The notes under the pieces: generated by a model
Seen by the model: only the letters and a program-made list of their open reading frames with translations
The model's database searches: none
What the model was told of the DNA's origin: nothing
Position numbers and translations under genes: made by a program
Assembly: GCA_963745035.1 (NCBI GenBank)
Contig: CAVUVW010000013.1
Coordinates: 1 to 64,000, forward strand
Origin: an uncultured delta proteobacterium
GTDB taxonomy: Bacteria > Desulfobacterota > Binatia > UBA9968
Direction of reading: 5' to 3'
Length of the DNA: 64,000 bases
Shown here: one piece after another, positions 11,061 to 20,996 of the stretch
How the letters are laid out: each line of letters begins with the position of its first letter
Position numbering within the stretch: position 1 is the first letter of the stretch

Positions 11061-12197
11061 TTAGCGTCGGCCGGTGCGCGCCTTGGCCATTTCAGCGACG
11101 TAGCGCTTGCCTTCCTCGGTTCGATAATACCAAAGGAGCTTTTCCAGGCCCTCCTTGCTGTCGAACCAGCTCACCGGTTTGATATTTTTTTCCTTCATTA
11201 GGGTATTGAGCTGTTTTGAAATCGGCCCGGTGCCCAAAACGAGATTGGGACTGGTGATGTAATCGACTTCAAAAAACCGGTTGGCCTCAGGCGTCGTCGT
11301 CCACAGAGTAAAGAGTTTCGCCGCATTCGGGTTCTTGGCGTTCTTGCGAACCATGTGAAACACATACGAGTTGGCGGTGAGATCTTTGAAGAAACTGACG
11401 CCGATCGGCGCCTTGGGATTTTTTCCTTTGACCTCGAAAATATATTCGCCATTGGACGGTAGGAATTTGAACTCGCCCAACAACATCCGCTGCACGCCCG
11501 CCTCGTACGTCATGATTGCGGGATTCAACGCGCCCCAGGTCCGGACAATCTCCATCCACTTGTCCCTGGGGTAAATCAACGTGCCGAATTCAGCGTCGGT
11601 CACGAAGGGCGACAGCGAGAACGCACCCTTGTATTTTGGATTGCCCAAATCGGCGATGGTTTGAGGAAGCTCCGCTTCGGTAATCAGATCCGTATTGTAG
11701 TTCAAGCATTTGATCCGATTTGCCCAGAGGAAAGCATACCCCGCGATATCCAAAGGGCTGACTTTCTGCCGCACCGCGTAAGCCTCCGGTGAGATTTCTT
11801 TCAATATCGCTTCCCAATTGTCGACCCGTTCCAAACCGTCGGCTTCCTTCACTTCGAACGCTCGGTGATCGGGGCCATATAACACGTCGAACGTCGGAGG
11901 AATTCCACTTTTGCTTTCAACGATCGCTTTGGAGAACACCGTGGAGATATTCCCCGAGACATCGGCATTGATGCGCAGGTTCAATCCGAACCGCTTGTTG
12001 AATACCTGTGATATCGCTTTTGCGCCGTCGGTGCCCAGGGAGGATACCGGGTACCAGTTGAGCTGACCCTCCTTACGCGCGCCCTCGATCAACTGCTGCA
12101 GAGTTGGCGGCGCCTGCGCGCCGGACTTGGAAACCGGCCCGAATAAACCGGCGACGACTATCACAGAAAGCATCGCACGCCTAACCGTTCGTCTCAT
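11061..12197 (-). CDS. ABC substrate-binding protein
   Basis: GGAGG RBS, signal peptide, EGARKEG, NYNTDLI, NPNAAKLF. Paralog of 14048-15199. Confidence 0.87.
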   Translation of the reverse strand: MRRTVRRAMLSVIVVAGLFGPVSKSGAQAPPTLQQLIEGARKEGQLNWYPVSSLGTDGAKAISQVFNKRFGLNLRINADVSGNISTVFSKAIVESKSGIPPTFDVLYGPDHRAFEVKEADGLERVDNWEAILKEISPEAYAVRQKVSPLDIAGYAFLWANRIKCLNYNTDLITEAELPQTIADLGNPKYKGAFSLSPFVTDAEFGTLIYPRDKWMEIVRTWGALNPAIMTYEAGVQRMLLGEFKFLPSNGEYIFEVKGKNPKAPIGVSFFKDLTANSYVFHMVRKNAKNPNAAKLFTLWTTTPEANRFFEVDYITSPNLVLGTGPISKQLNTLMKEKNIKPVSWFDSKEGLEKLLWYYRTEEGKRYVAEMAKARTGRR

Positions 12198-12244
12198 GAA
12201 ACACCTCCAGGATGAACATTGAATATGACTGACGCATGGTACAA

Positions 12245-14020
12245 TTAACGCGAGCCCTCGGCGAACCTCCAACCCCATTGCCGCTGAGCGAGAGTGGCGA
12301 TGACACCCATCACGAGCACCATGAGCACGCCTAAAGCCGAAGCCTCACTGAAGTGGCCCTGGTCCCAGGTTTGCCAAACGCGCACAGAAAGCACTTGAGT
12401 TTTCGGTCCGGCAAGCATCAGGGGCATGGAGACTTCGCGAAACACCAATAGTCCGGTCCACAATCCGCCGAACACCAACGACGAGCGCACCAACGGCGCC
12501 ACCACCCACCACATCGTCCCCAAGCGCCGCGCGCCGCATACCTGCGCCGACTCCTCCAACTCCCGCCCCACCTGCAACAGCGCCGCATTGGTGATCCGCG
12601 TCACGTACGACAGCCGATTGACCACATTGGCCAAAATGATGATCCCAATCGTTTGGTACAAAGGCAGCCACGGCAGCCACTTCGCCGCCACGATCGCCAC
12701 CACCGTCAACGCAAACGCAAACCCCAACCCCGGTATCGCGTGCGGCAGCATGGCAATCGTATCGATGACTTTTCTCCCCTTGACCCGCATCCGCACCACC
12801 ACCCAGGAAATCATGAAACTGAAAAACAGCACCACTATCGGCGTGACGATCGTCAATATGATCGTATTCACAATCACATTCACCCCGCCGATCACGTCCA
12901 TGATCCCGTGGTACCAACGCAAGCTCACCAACGATAGCGCTTCGACTGACGGCATCATCAAGCGCGGCAATAGAGACGCCCATACCAACACCACCAACGG
13001 CAACACCACCGCCAAAAGCAAATACAATCCGACAAACCCCGAAGCCATCATCCGCCCGCGCCCCAACTCAAAGTCCCTCGGCCGGTACCCCTTCCCCGTC
13101 ACCACCACATACCGATGCCCCCGCTCGATCACGCGCAGATAATAATAAAGCGCCACAAAACTCGGCACCGCGATCATCAACCCGTACACCCCGGACATTC
13201 CGTAACGGGGAATCATAGACTCGGTTTGAAGCGGCCGTACATTCAGGAACAGTTCGGTGGCGAGGACGGGAGTCTTACCGATGCCGCCCAACAACGCCGC
13301 CACCTCGAATATCGATATCGCCGTCATGAACGTGTAGATCGCTCCGCCCAAGATCGCCGGCCACAACACCGGCAAACTCACCCACCACATCGTCCGCCAT
13401 ACCGTCGCCCCGCTCACCTGCGCCGCTTCCTCCAGCGCAGGATCCATCGACCGCATCGGCCCCGCCAACAAAAAAAACATCGTCGGCGTCAGCATCAACC
13501 CCTGCACAAACGCCACTCCCCACACGTTGTCGATCGCCAACGGCGCCTGGCTCATCCCAAACACGTACATCAAAAACTTGTTGATCAGCCCAATCTTCGG
13601 ACTGAGCAACATCACCCACCCCATCGCCTTCAAAAACCCCGGCACGATCACCGCCACCGCGATCAACGTGATCCACAACTCCCGATACGGCACATCGGTC
13701 CGATGCAACAACCAGGCTAAGGGAACACTGAAAAACAACACCACCGCCACCGTCCCCAATCCCACCATCGCCGTGTTCGGGATCACCCGCCGAAACAAAT
13801 ATCCGTCGAACGCATCCACGTAATTCTGCAACGTCATGTCCGGCTGCGTCGGCACTCCCGCCACAAAGCTCATCCACACCACGAACAACACCAGCAACAG
13901 CACCACCCCACAGCCAAACCACGCAAAAAAAAGCGGCAGACGCACACTCACAAATTCGCCTGCCGCCTCCGTCCAATGGGTCGAACGGATCCCTCTGATG
14001 GCGATGCTTTCGTCAACCAT
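12245..14020 (-). CDS. ABC permease (fused two-domain), intact
   Basis: 591 aa, two EAA motifs (LEEAAQVSGA, LEESAQVCGA). Confidence 0.93.
   Translation of the reverse strand: MVDESIAIRGIRSTHWTEAAGEFVSVRLPLFFAWFGCGVVLLLVLFVVWMSFVAGVPTQPDMTLQNYVDAFDGYLFRRVIPNTAMVGLGTVAVVLFFSVPLAWLLHRTDVPYRELWITLIAVAVIVPGFLKAMGWVMLLSPKIGLINKFLMYVFGMSQAPLAIDNVWGVAFVQGLMLTPTMFFLLAGPMRSMDPALEEAAQVSGATVWRTMWWVSLPVLWPAILGGAIYTFMTAISIFEVAALLGGIGKTPVLATELFLNVRPLQTESMIPRYGMSGVYGLMIAVPSFVALYYYLRVIERGHRYVVVTGKGYRPRDFELGRGRMMASGFVGLYLLLAVVLPLVVLVWASLLPRLMMPSVEALSLVSLRWYHGIMDVIGGVNVIVNTIILTIVTPIVVLFFSFMISWVVVRMRVKGRKVIDTIAMLPHAIPGLGFAFALTVVAIVAAKWLPWLPLYQTIGIIILANVVNRLSYVTRITNAALLQVGRELEESAQVCGARRLGTMWWVVAPLVRSSLVFGGLWTGLLVFREVSMPLMLAGPKTQVLSVRVWQTWDQGHFSEASALGVLMVLVMGVIATLAQRQWGWRFAEGSR
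12405..13971. repeat. Direct repeat copy B (permease core), nearly identical to 9405-10972
   Basis: Direct sequence comparison with copy A. Confidence 0.95.
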
Positions 14021-14047
14021 AAGTGCGACCGGAAGGAGCTTTCACAC

Positions 14048-15199
14048 TTATTTCCTTCCGGTCTGAGCTGCGGAGAGCTCGCGGCTGTATGCCCGGCCCT
14101 CGTCGGTTGCGTACCATCGCAGTAAGTCTTGATTCTTCTTGCTATCCCACCAACTGACCGGTTTGATATTCTCCTTGTCCAAGGCCTGGCTAATCTGGCG
14201 CGACATCGGCCCCGTCTTCAAGAGCAGGTTTCCCGTTGCCGCGTAGTCGAGATTTTCAAAGATCCGATTGGCCTCTGAAGTTGTCGCCCATAATGCGAAC
14301 AGCTTTGCGGCGTTGGGACTCTTGGCGCCTTTTCTAACCACGTGCCAGGCGTAAGTGAGCGGCGTTAGATCGTTGTAGAAGGCTAGACCCATGGGCGTTT
14401 TGGGATCTCTGCTTTTATATTTAAACACGTAGTAGTCGTTACTCTGGGCAAACTTGAACTCGCCCAAGAGCATTCTTTGTAAGCCCGCGTCGTAGGCAAG
14501 AATCGTCGGCTTCGACTTGCCCCAGGTGCGCACGACCTCGAGCCACTTGTCCTTGGGATAGACGAGAATTCCATATTCGGCATCCGTGATAAACGGCGGC
14601 ATGAAGTACATGCCGGCATATTTCGCATCGCCCATTTCGACGCGGGTTTTTGGCAGGTCTTTGGCGGCGATCAAATCCGTATTGTAGTTCATGACCTTGG
14701 CTCGAGTGCCCCAGGCAAAAGCGTAGCCGTTCAAATCCAACGGACTGACTTTATCTCGAACGGCGTAGGCTTCGGGCGAGATTTCCTTCAATAGCTCCTC
14801 CCAGCCCTCGACCCGTTCAACGGCGCCTTCAGCGAGCATTTGGAAGACAAAAGTTTCGCTCACGTACATGCCATCGAAGCTCGATGGCAAGCCCATCTTC
14901 AGTTCCTGAACGGTTTGGGAAAACTGCCGTGACGCGTCGCCCAACGTGCTGTTGAACTTTACGTTCAGGCCAAAGCGTTTATTGAAAGCTTGATTGAGTT
15001 CCTTCGCGCCGCGGTCGGTAAGCGATGTCACCAAGAAAAGATTCACCTGGCCTTCTTTGCGGGCGCCGTCGACCAGTTGTTGCACCGGGCGCGGCTTCGA
15101 AGGTTGTTCCGCGGCAACCGCCAAACCGCTGAAGATGAGCTGCAAGCTCACCACTGCAGAAATCACTACTGTCAAACCAGCTCTTTGCGCGCGCCTCAT
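14048..15199 (-). CDS. ABC substrate-binding protein
   Basis: GGAGG RBS, signal peptide, DGARKEG, SPNAAKLF. Confidence 0.87.
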   Translation of the reverse strand: MRRAQRAGLTVVISAVVSLQLIFSGLAVAAEQPSKPRPVQQLVDGARKEGQVNLFLVTSLTDRGAKELNQAFNKRFGLNVKFNSTLGDASRQFSQTVQELKMGLPSSFDGMYVSETFVFQMLAEGAVERVEGWEELLKEISPEAYAVRDKVSPLDLNGYAFAWGTRAKVMNYNTDLIAAKDLPKTRVEMGDAKYAGMYFMPPFITDAEYGILVYPKDKWLEVVRTWGKSKPTILAYDAGLQRMLLGEFKFAQSNDYYVFKYKSRDPKTPMGLAFYNDLTPLTYAWHVVRKGAKSPNAAKLFALWATTSEANRIFENLDYAATGNLLLKTGPMSRQISQALDKENIKPVSWWDSKKNQDLLRWYATDEGRAYSRELSAAQTGRK

Positions 15200-15384
15200 A
15201 CGGGGTCCTCCGGCGTCAAACAATCATCACTGGCCTTGGATAAAAAATGTATCTCATCCAAAGGCTCATACTTGCTCATGAACGAAGCAGATGCGTGCGA
15301 AGCCATTTGCGACTCGCGAGCTACACTCAAGGTTCGGAAACAGCCATAAAATCAAATCCGTTCCTGTGCTTGATTCTTCCTTGT

Positions 15385-16791
15385 CTAGTTAATCTTCTGC
15401 GCCGGCCTGATGAAATCAGGAACTTTCTCAACGCCCGGCACCTTGACGAGCTCAGGAAACTCTCTTCCGAAGGGCCGGGTCGCATCAATGCCCATGCCGC
15501 TGGAAGTCAATTCAGGCGCCAACCCGTCGGATGTGCCGCTGGCGCTTGCGCCTCCCCTGGGTCCGGACGGATCGAGCGCAATCTCCGTGAGATTGGACAA
15601 TATGATGACGTCCTCCGCGGGTTGAAATCGAGTCATCGTTGCCCACACGACCTGCTCGATATTTCGTATGTCGATATCGTCTTCGACTGCGATCACGCTC
15701 TTTACCGAAGGTTTATTGCTCAACATGTAGCTAATAACGTTGCGTGCTTCGAACTTCGAAGTCGGCCTCATCGAGACCACAGCGAGAAGCGCTTGTGCGC
15801 CGGCTGCCGGGAGATGAACCTCTTTGACGCCGGGAAACTTTTGTCGCAGATCCCATGTCAGCATCGGTTCCAAGCAGATTTGTTTCAAGATGTGGTTTTC
15901 AGTTGTCGGCATTCCTGTAAGACCCGCCAGAAAAATCGGTTTTTGCCGATGGGTGATGGCGGTAACTTGAACGATCGGTTTCGGTATGGCCGGATTATAA
16001 TATCCCGGGTATTCGCCGAATGGACCTTCCATCTCTCGGACGTTTGGCAAAGCGATTCCTTCGATGACGATCTCCGCAGTCGCCGGGACCTCCAGGTCAC
16101 AGGTTTTCGCTTTGACAAGCTCAACCGGCGCGCCGCGCAATCCGCCGGCCATGTTAAGTTCATCGACTCCGTAGGGAGCCTTGTAGCCCGCCGCAATGAG
16201 CAGCGCCGGATCGACGCCGAGAGCGATAGCGACGGGAACTCCTTTTCCCTTACGCTCGGCTTTCGCAAGATGTACCCGGACGGTTTGAGCGGAAATTCCG
16301 AGACGGTTCTTGCCCTTGAGTTCATTGCGATAAAGTCCCATGTTGCGAATACCGGTTTCTGGATCCTTGCTGATGGTCACTCCCATCGTAATGTAGGGGG
16401 CGCTGTCTTTCTCCGAGTAAAGTGGGATAGGAAGCTTGTAAAGATCGACGTTGTCTCCCTCATAGACGACCTCCTGGCAAGGACCGCTATCCACCATGCG
16501 CGGTGGGATCGGATTTTGGATGCCATCGATCATTGTCTTGCTTATTTCATCAACACCGCATTGAAGCGCATGGGCTGCGCCTTGAATTGTGGCGAATAAT
16601 CCTCCAGCGACCTGCATGTCATGACCTTTGACATTCTCGAACAGAAGTCCCGGTCCCTGTTGGTCGCTGGTCTTTCGAATATACGCCGCGATTTCGTATC
16701 GTGTTTCGACCTCTTTCTCGACTCTGATTAAGTGCCCCATCTCACCCAGATAGTTGAGAAACTGCCGCATGTCTGAAAATGCCTTGGCCAT
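15385..16791 (-). CDS. UbiD-family (prFMN-dependent) decarboxylase
   Basis: KDPETGIRNMGLYR, VPATAEIVIEG, EGPFGEYPGYY, VEDDID, LDPS, GIDAT motifs. Confidence 0.93.
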   Translation of the reverse strand: MAKAFSDMRQFLNYLGEMGHLIRVEKEVETRYEIAAYIRKTSDQQGPGLLFENVKGHDMQVAGGLFATIQGAAHALQCGVDEISKTMIDGIQNPIPPRMVDSGPCQEVVYEGDNVDLYKLPIPLYSEKDSAPYITMGVTISKDPETGIRNMGLYRNELKGKNRLGISAQTVRVHLAKAERKGKGVPVAIALGVDPALLIAAGYKAPYGVDELNMAGGLRGAPVELVKAKTCDLEVPATAEIVIEGIALPNVREMEGPFGEYPGYYNPAIPKPIVQVTAITHRQKPIFLAGLTGMPTTENHILKQICLEPMLTWDLRQKFPGVKEVHLPAAGAQALLAVVSMRPTSKFEARNVISYMLSNKPSVKSVIAVEDDIDIRNIEQVVWATMTRFQPAEDVIILSNLTEIALDPSGPRGGASASGTSDGLAPELTSSGMGIDATRPFGREFPELVKVPGVEKVPDFIRPAQKIN

Positions 16792-16972
16792 CTATTCGCT
16801 CCTTTCGCGTTCGAACTATTAAAGCAACTGGCTCAATACCTCTACCGCCAATTGCATCACAGATTCTTGCCACTTCGCTAAGCCAGCTACCGTTACCTTG
16901 AATTAACTTCTGACTATCCCCGACCGACAACCATCGATGCTAAGCAATTCGTTTTTCCGACAAGTCCAAGTC

Positions 16973-16997
16973 AGGCGGTTTATTCCGTAACCCGCCT
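16973..16997. repeat. Hairpin (REP-like or terminator/mRNA stabiliser) just downstream of the LigB-like gene
   Basis: Inverted arms aggcgg..ccgcct with partially paired inner bases. Confidence 0.45.
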
Positions 16998-17013
16998 ATG
17001 TGCCCTCCCGCAC

Positions 17014-18003
17014 TCATCCCAAATGGATTTGTGGGTCCTTTGCCCCATCGCCAGCGAGGTTCCAATAGCCCACTCCCATGGCCGTGCCCGCACTATATAG
17101 AGCCTGATAGTTCAAGAGGTCCGGACGCGCCCGGCCGATGGCGCCGAGTGCAATGATCCAACTGCGCATTTCATCGTTGCCGTTGTTGATCAGGTCTTCC
17201 GAAGTGAGCTGAGCGAGCATGCTGCCTTCACCTCGCGCCATTTGCTCCATGATCTGGCGATCAAATTCCTCGCTGATGGAACCCCAGGTAAAAGATCCTT
17301 TATAGTGCCGCCATGGAAAGCCCGCGGGAAAATGGGAAATTCCACCGGAGGCAAAGATCACCACACGCTCGTTGCCCGGCCGTTTGTCGATAATCTCTCG
17401 CAGCGCTTGGCCAACACTATAACATCGCCGCGGGCTGACGATGGGCGGATGCGTCGCATTGACGAACATCGGGATCACCGGAATATTGGCTTCAGGCAGG
17501 ATGCGGTCGAGGATCTGACAGTGCGCGTGGGACCGCAGCTCCGAGTCCGGAAAAGACTTGGAGTAAGAAATGTCGAAGTCTCTCTCGACCAGACCCTGCA
17601 GTAGGTCCTTAGCCAGCTCCGCATGAGCCTGGTACTTTGGCCCGCGCTCTCGCTTACCGCCTTCTCTGAGAGTCGAGTAAAACTCCGCGCCGACGTAGAG
17701 GCTCAGCTGCGGCCAATTTTCCTCGGAGAAGTTTTCATCTTGATCGTCGCCGACGAGGATCACTGCGTCAGGCCGCGTTTCCTGCAGTTTGGCTCTCAAG
17801 AAGTCGAGGCCGTCTCTGATCCATTTGTAGCGCGATTCCCGCACGTCCAAGGTTTCCTGCAGAGCTTTCGGGTGAAGGGCCGGTTCCGTCCCGTAACGGC
17901 GCTGGTAATTTTCGCGGTTCGCGGCACGGCCCTTGTCCCATTTTGTCGGCTCGACCACCGTCGCGGCGTGCGACGAAGCCATTCCAGCGGTAAGCGTGCT
18001 CAT
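17014..18003 (-). CDS. LigB-family (class III) extradiol ring-cleavage dioxygenase
   Basis: MASSH, PDAVILVGDDQDENF, HAELA, IPVIPMFVN, ASGGISH, GNDEMRSW. Confidence 0.88.
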   Translation of the reverse strand: MSTLTAGMASSHAATVVEPTKWDKGRAANRENYQRRYGTEPALHPKALQETLDVRESRYKWIRDGLDFLRAKLQETRPDAVILVGDDQDENFSEENWPQLSLYVGAEFYSTLREGGKRERGPKYQAHAELAKDLLQGLVERDFDISYSKSFPDSELRSHAHCQILDRILPEANIPVIPMFVNATHPPIVSPRRCYSVGQALREIIDKRPGNERVVIFASGGISHFPAGFPWRHYKGSFTWGSISEEFDRQIMEQMARGEGSMLAQLTSEDLINNGNDEMRSWIIALGAIGRARPDLLNYQALYSAGTAMGVGYWNLAGDGAKDPQIHLG

Positions 18004-18054
18004 CCTATCCTCCCGATCGTTTTAGGGTCGATCCAAAATTTCTTCGCCGCGCGT

Positions 18055-19333
18055 TTAGACGCGCACCTTGGCTTCCATTTCTTTGGCGAAGTCCTTCCAA
18101 TCCTTGGAACCAGGCACGACCGCTCGCGTCGACAAGATCCGAAACTGATTGAGTTGCGGATCTCTCACAACGTTTTTCGGCTCGCGGCCTTCCTGCAAAT
18201 CGCGGATCGCTTTGATGCGCACCTTGCGCGCGACCACGATGGACATGTCGCTCGAAACCAAATGTTCCCGGGTGCGGTCTTGAATCGGTCCGGCGCCTTC
18301 GATCACGCAAAGATCCTGCGCGTCGAAGTTGTAGCCGATACCGGTAAAAGTTTCGCGCTTCATCGATTCGCGATCCTGCAGGTAACGGTTGGCCTTATTG
18401 CGCACCGACCTGTAGTCGGAGGTTAGCTCCGTGTGTTGTTTTCGGATCGTCTCTTGATCCAGAGGATTTTCTCTGTCGAAAGTCCAGGTCCATTTCCAGT
18501 GATGCGTATCGTCGATCGGCACATGCCAGTTGATGCCGTAGGTCCCGGCATTGCCGGGAAATGCGATGAAATTGGGCAAGACAAACTCGTTGATTCGAAG
18601 GTGATATTCGTTGCCGCCGGGAAGCGGACGAATTCGGCAATTCCTCACGCCGTATTCCGTCAACTCGGCATCCGTGGTCTCGAGTCCCGGCGCCGCGCCG
18701 CGCGCGCAAAGGTCTCGATCCGGCGCGCTCGCCCCATTGCCGCCACGCCCGGCCGTACCGCCGTCATTCAAATAGTTATAATGCAGGAAGCTCAAGTGAG
18801 GGATATCGAAACTGCCCTCATTCATCTGCAAGTAATTCGCCTCGTGAAAAAGTTTTATCGCGCAGGTGTGACCTTGCGGCGCCGTGAGAAACTCGTAGTT
18901 GGGAAAACACGGCGGCGCTCCCGGCCCCATGTATGCGAATATTCCTCCCGCCTGCTCGTGGCACGGATAGGCGGTGTTGCTGGATCTGCTCCGATGCTCT
19001 CCTCCCCCGGGCTCCCACGGCTGGTCCAAACATCTCCCCTGCTTATCGAATAGCCAACCATGATAGATGCACCGCAGTCCGCCCTCTTCCACTCGCCCAT
19101 AACTCAAGTCCGCGCCCCGATGCGGACAATGGATCCCCAGCAATCCCAGCTTTCCCCTGCTCATCGCGGTACAAAACCAACTCTTCGCCCATGATCTTTA
19201 CCGGTATCGGCGCGCCCCCTTCGGGCAGCTCTTCGGACAGCGCGACGGGCTGCCAGTAGCGCCGCATCAACTCTCCCATCGGCGTGCCGCGATCGGTCTG
19301 CGTCAGTAAATCATTCTCTTCTTGGGTCATCAT
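18055..19333 (-). CDS. Rieske non-heme iron oxygenase (phthalate 4,5-dioxygenase/LigXa-like), paralog 1, with apparent frameshifts
   Basis: CPHRG..CIYHGW Rieske motif, EG..DIPHLSFLH mononuclear Fe motif, QD..VIEGAGPIQDRTREHL. Confidence 0.9.
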
Positions 19334-19375
19334 GGCAGTGATCTCCGGAATGTATTTGTCGAGCTCATCGAAACA

Positions 19376-20820
19376 CTACGATAACGACGGTCTTTTATGC
19401 TTCCACTCTGTCGCTGCTTCATAAGCGTTGGCAACCTGAAGCACAGTGCCTTCGCCAAAGGCTCTCCCGACAATCTGCAAACCAATAGGCAGTCCGTTGG
19501 CGGTAAAGCCGCAGCATACGCTCAGCGCGGGAAGCCCCGTCACATTGAAGGGCGCGGTACCCATAGACCGGAAGTTTACTCCGGTGTCGCGCAGGCTGAT
19601 CTTCTTGCCGTCGGCAATGACGAACCCTTGCTTGCATTCTTCGATGGCCGGAGCGGCCATCGGGCTGGTAGGCGTCACCAGGACATCGACCTGGCTGAGC
19701 GCCTCGTCAAACTCGTCACAAAGCAGCCGCCGCACTCGCTGCGCCGTCATATAGGTGCCGGCGGGAATGAGCATCGAGCTCACGATTTGACTCAACAGGC
19801 CGGGGCTGTAATCGCGCGGCCGCGTTTTCAAATAGGGAACGTGGGCGGATGCGTTCTCGGAACGGGTAATGCAAGCCCATACCGGCGACATCAGCTCCAT
19901 GTGCGGAATCCGTACGGTCTCAACCTTGGCTCCGAGCGTCTGCAGTTGGTCCAACGCGCCATCGAATGCCGCTTCGAACGTCGTGCACCATCAGATCGTC
20001 AAAATAGTTTTCGATCAAACCGATCTTCAGTCCTTTGGCCGGCGCGCCGATGAACTTGGAATAATCCGGAACCGGCTCATCGGCACAGCGTGGATCCTTC
20101 GGATCGTACCCCGCGATGGCCTGTAACACGATGCTACAATCCGACACTGTCTTGGACAGTATCCCGAAGTGATCCGTGGAATAACCGCCGCTGCCGTCGA
20201 CGCCACCGAAATGGCTCAACCGGCCGAACGTCGGCTTGAGACCGACCACGCCGCATACCGACGCAGGGTTCCGCACGGAGCCGCCGTTATCGGTTCCGAG
20301 TGAAGCCAGGCACAGACTCGCGGCGACGGCAGCGCCCGAGCCGCCGCTCGATCCGGCGGCAACTCTGCTCGTGTCCCATGGATTGCGAGTGGTGCCGTAG
20401 AACGGATTGATCGTGGTTCCGCCGGCGGCCCACTCGTGCATATTGGTCTTGCCTAAAACCACCGCGCCGGCTGTTTTTGATCCGTTCGACGATCGTCGCG
20501 TCATGGTCGGGCACCCACTCGGCAAGAGTTTTAGATCCGGCTGTCGTTCTCACTCCCTGGATGCAAATATTTTCCTTGACGGAAATCGGCATGCCATGAA
20601 GCGGGCCAAGATATTCGCCGCGGCCGATCTGGCTTTCAGCCGCTTGCGCTTGAGCGCGCGCCAAGTCTTCGGTTACCGTTGTGTACGCGACCAGCAAAGG
20701 ATTGAGCCGGCTAATCCGCTTGAGACAAAGCTCGGTCAATTCGACAGGCGAGACTTTCTTGCTGCGTATTTGGGGAGCGAGTTCGGTGATCGTCATCCCC
20801 TCGAGATCTCTTTCGGTCAT
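19376..20820 (-). CDS. Amidase-signature (GatA/AtzE-like) amidase, two apparent frameshifts
   Basis: GPLHGMPISVKE, GKTNMHE, GSSGGSGAAVA, GTDNGGSVRNPA, GLPIGLQIVG across ORFs 20287-20820, 19920-20525 and 19376-19954. Confidence 0.92.
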
Positions 20821-20996
20821 CTCTTTACCTGTTTGCGAGAAACCATCGGCAGCGGCATGACTCCGTCCAGTCCGTCGATGAAAAGCTGCTGGAACAGCAC
20901 GTTGGCTTCCTCGGCCTGTTGCGCGATGCGCTGGATCTCTTCCTCGTTCAGTCCCAATCGATATTGCTCGCTGATCTGTCTGACCGCTTCCTTCAT
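20817..20996 (-). CDS. 59-aa small protein, probable GatC/AtzG-like amidase partner (not in the ORF track)
   Basis: Manual translation MKEAVRQISEQYRLGLNEEEIQRIAQQAEEANVLFQQLFIDGLDGVMPLPMVSRKQVKR. ATGA overlaps with both the upstream Rieske stop and the amidase start. Confidence 0.75.
   Translation of the reverse strand: MKEAVRQISEQYRLGLNEEEIQRIAQQAEEANVLFQQLFIDGLDGVMPLPMVSRKQVKR

Noticed and set aside
9405-13971. Diversity-generating retroelement (template/variable repeat pair)
   Set aside because: Mismatches are not adenine-specific on either strand, the repeats are ~1.5 kb inside full genes, and no reverse transcriptase is in the window.
9426-13976. Long antisense and alternate-frame ORFs (238 aa Thr/Asn-rich; 215-233 aa Gly/Val-rich)
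   Set aside because: Shadow ORFs of the permeases, produced by skewed composition that is poor in stop codons.
19376-20996. gatCA of the tRNA-dependent amidotransferase
   Set aside because: No gatB, the context is catabolic, and the sequence fits a general amidase.
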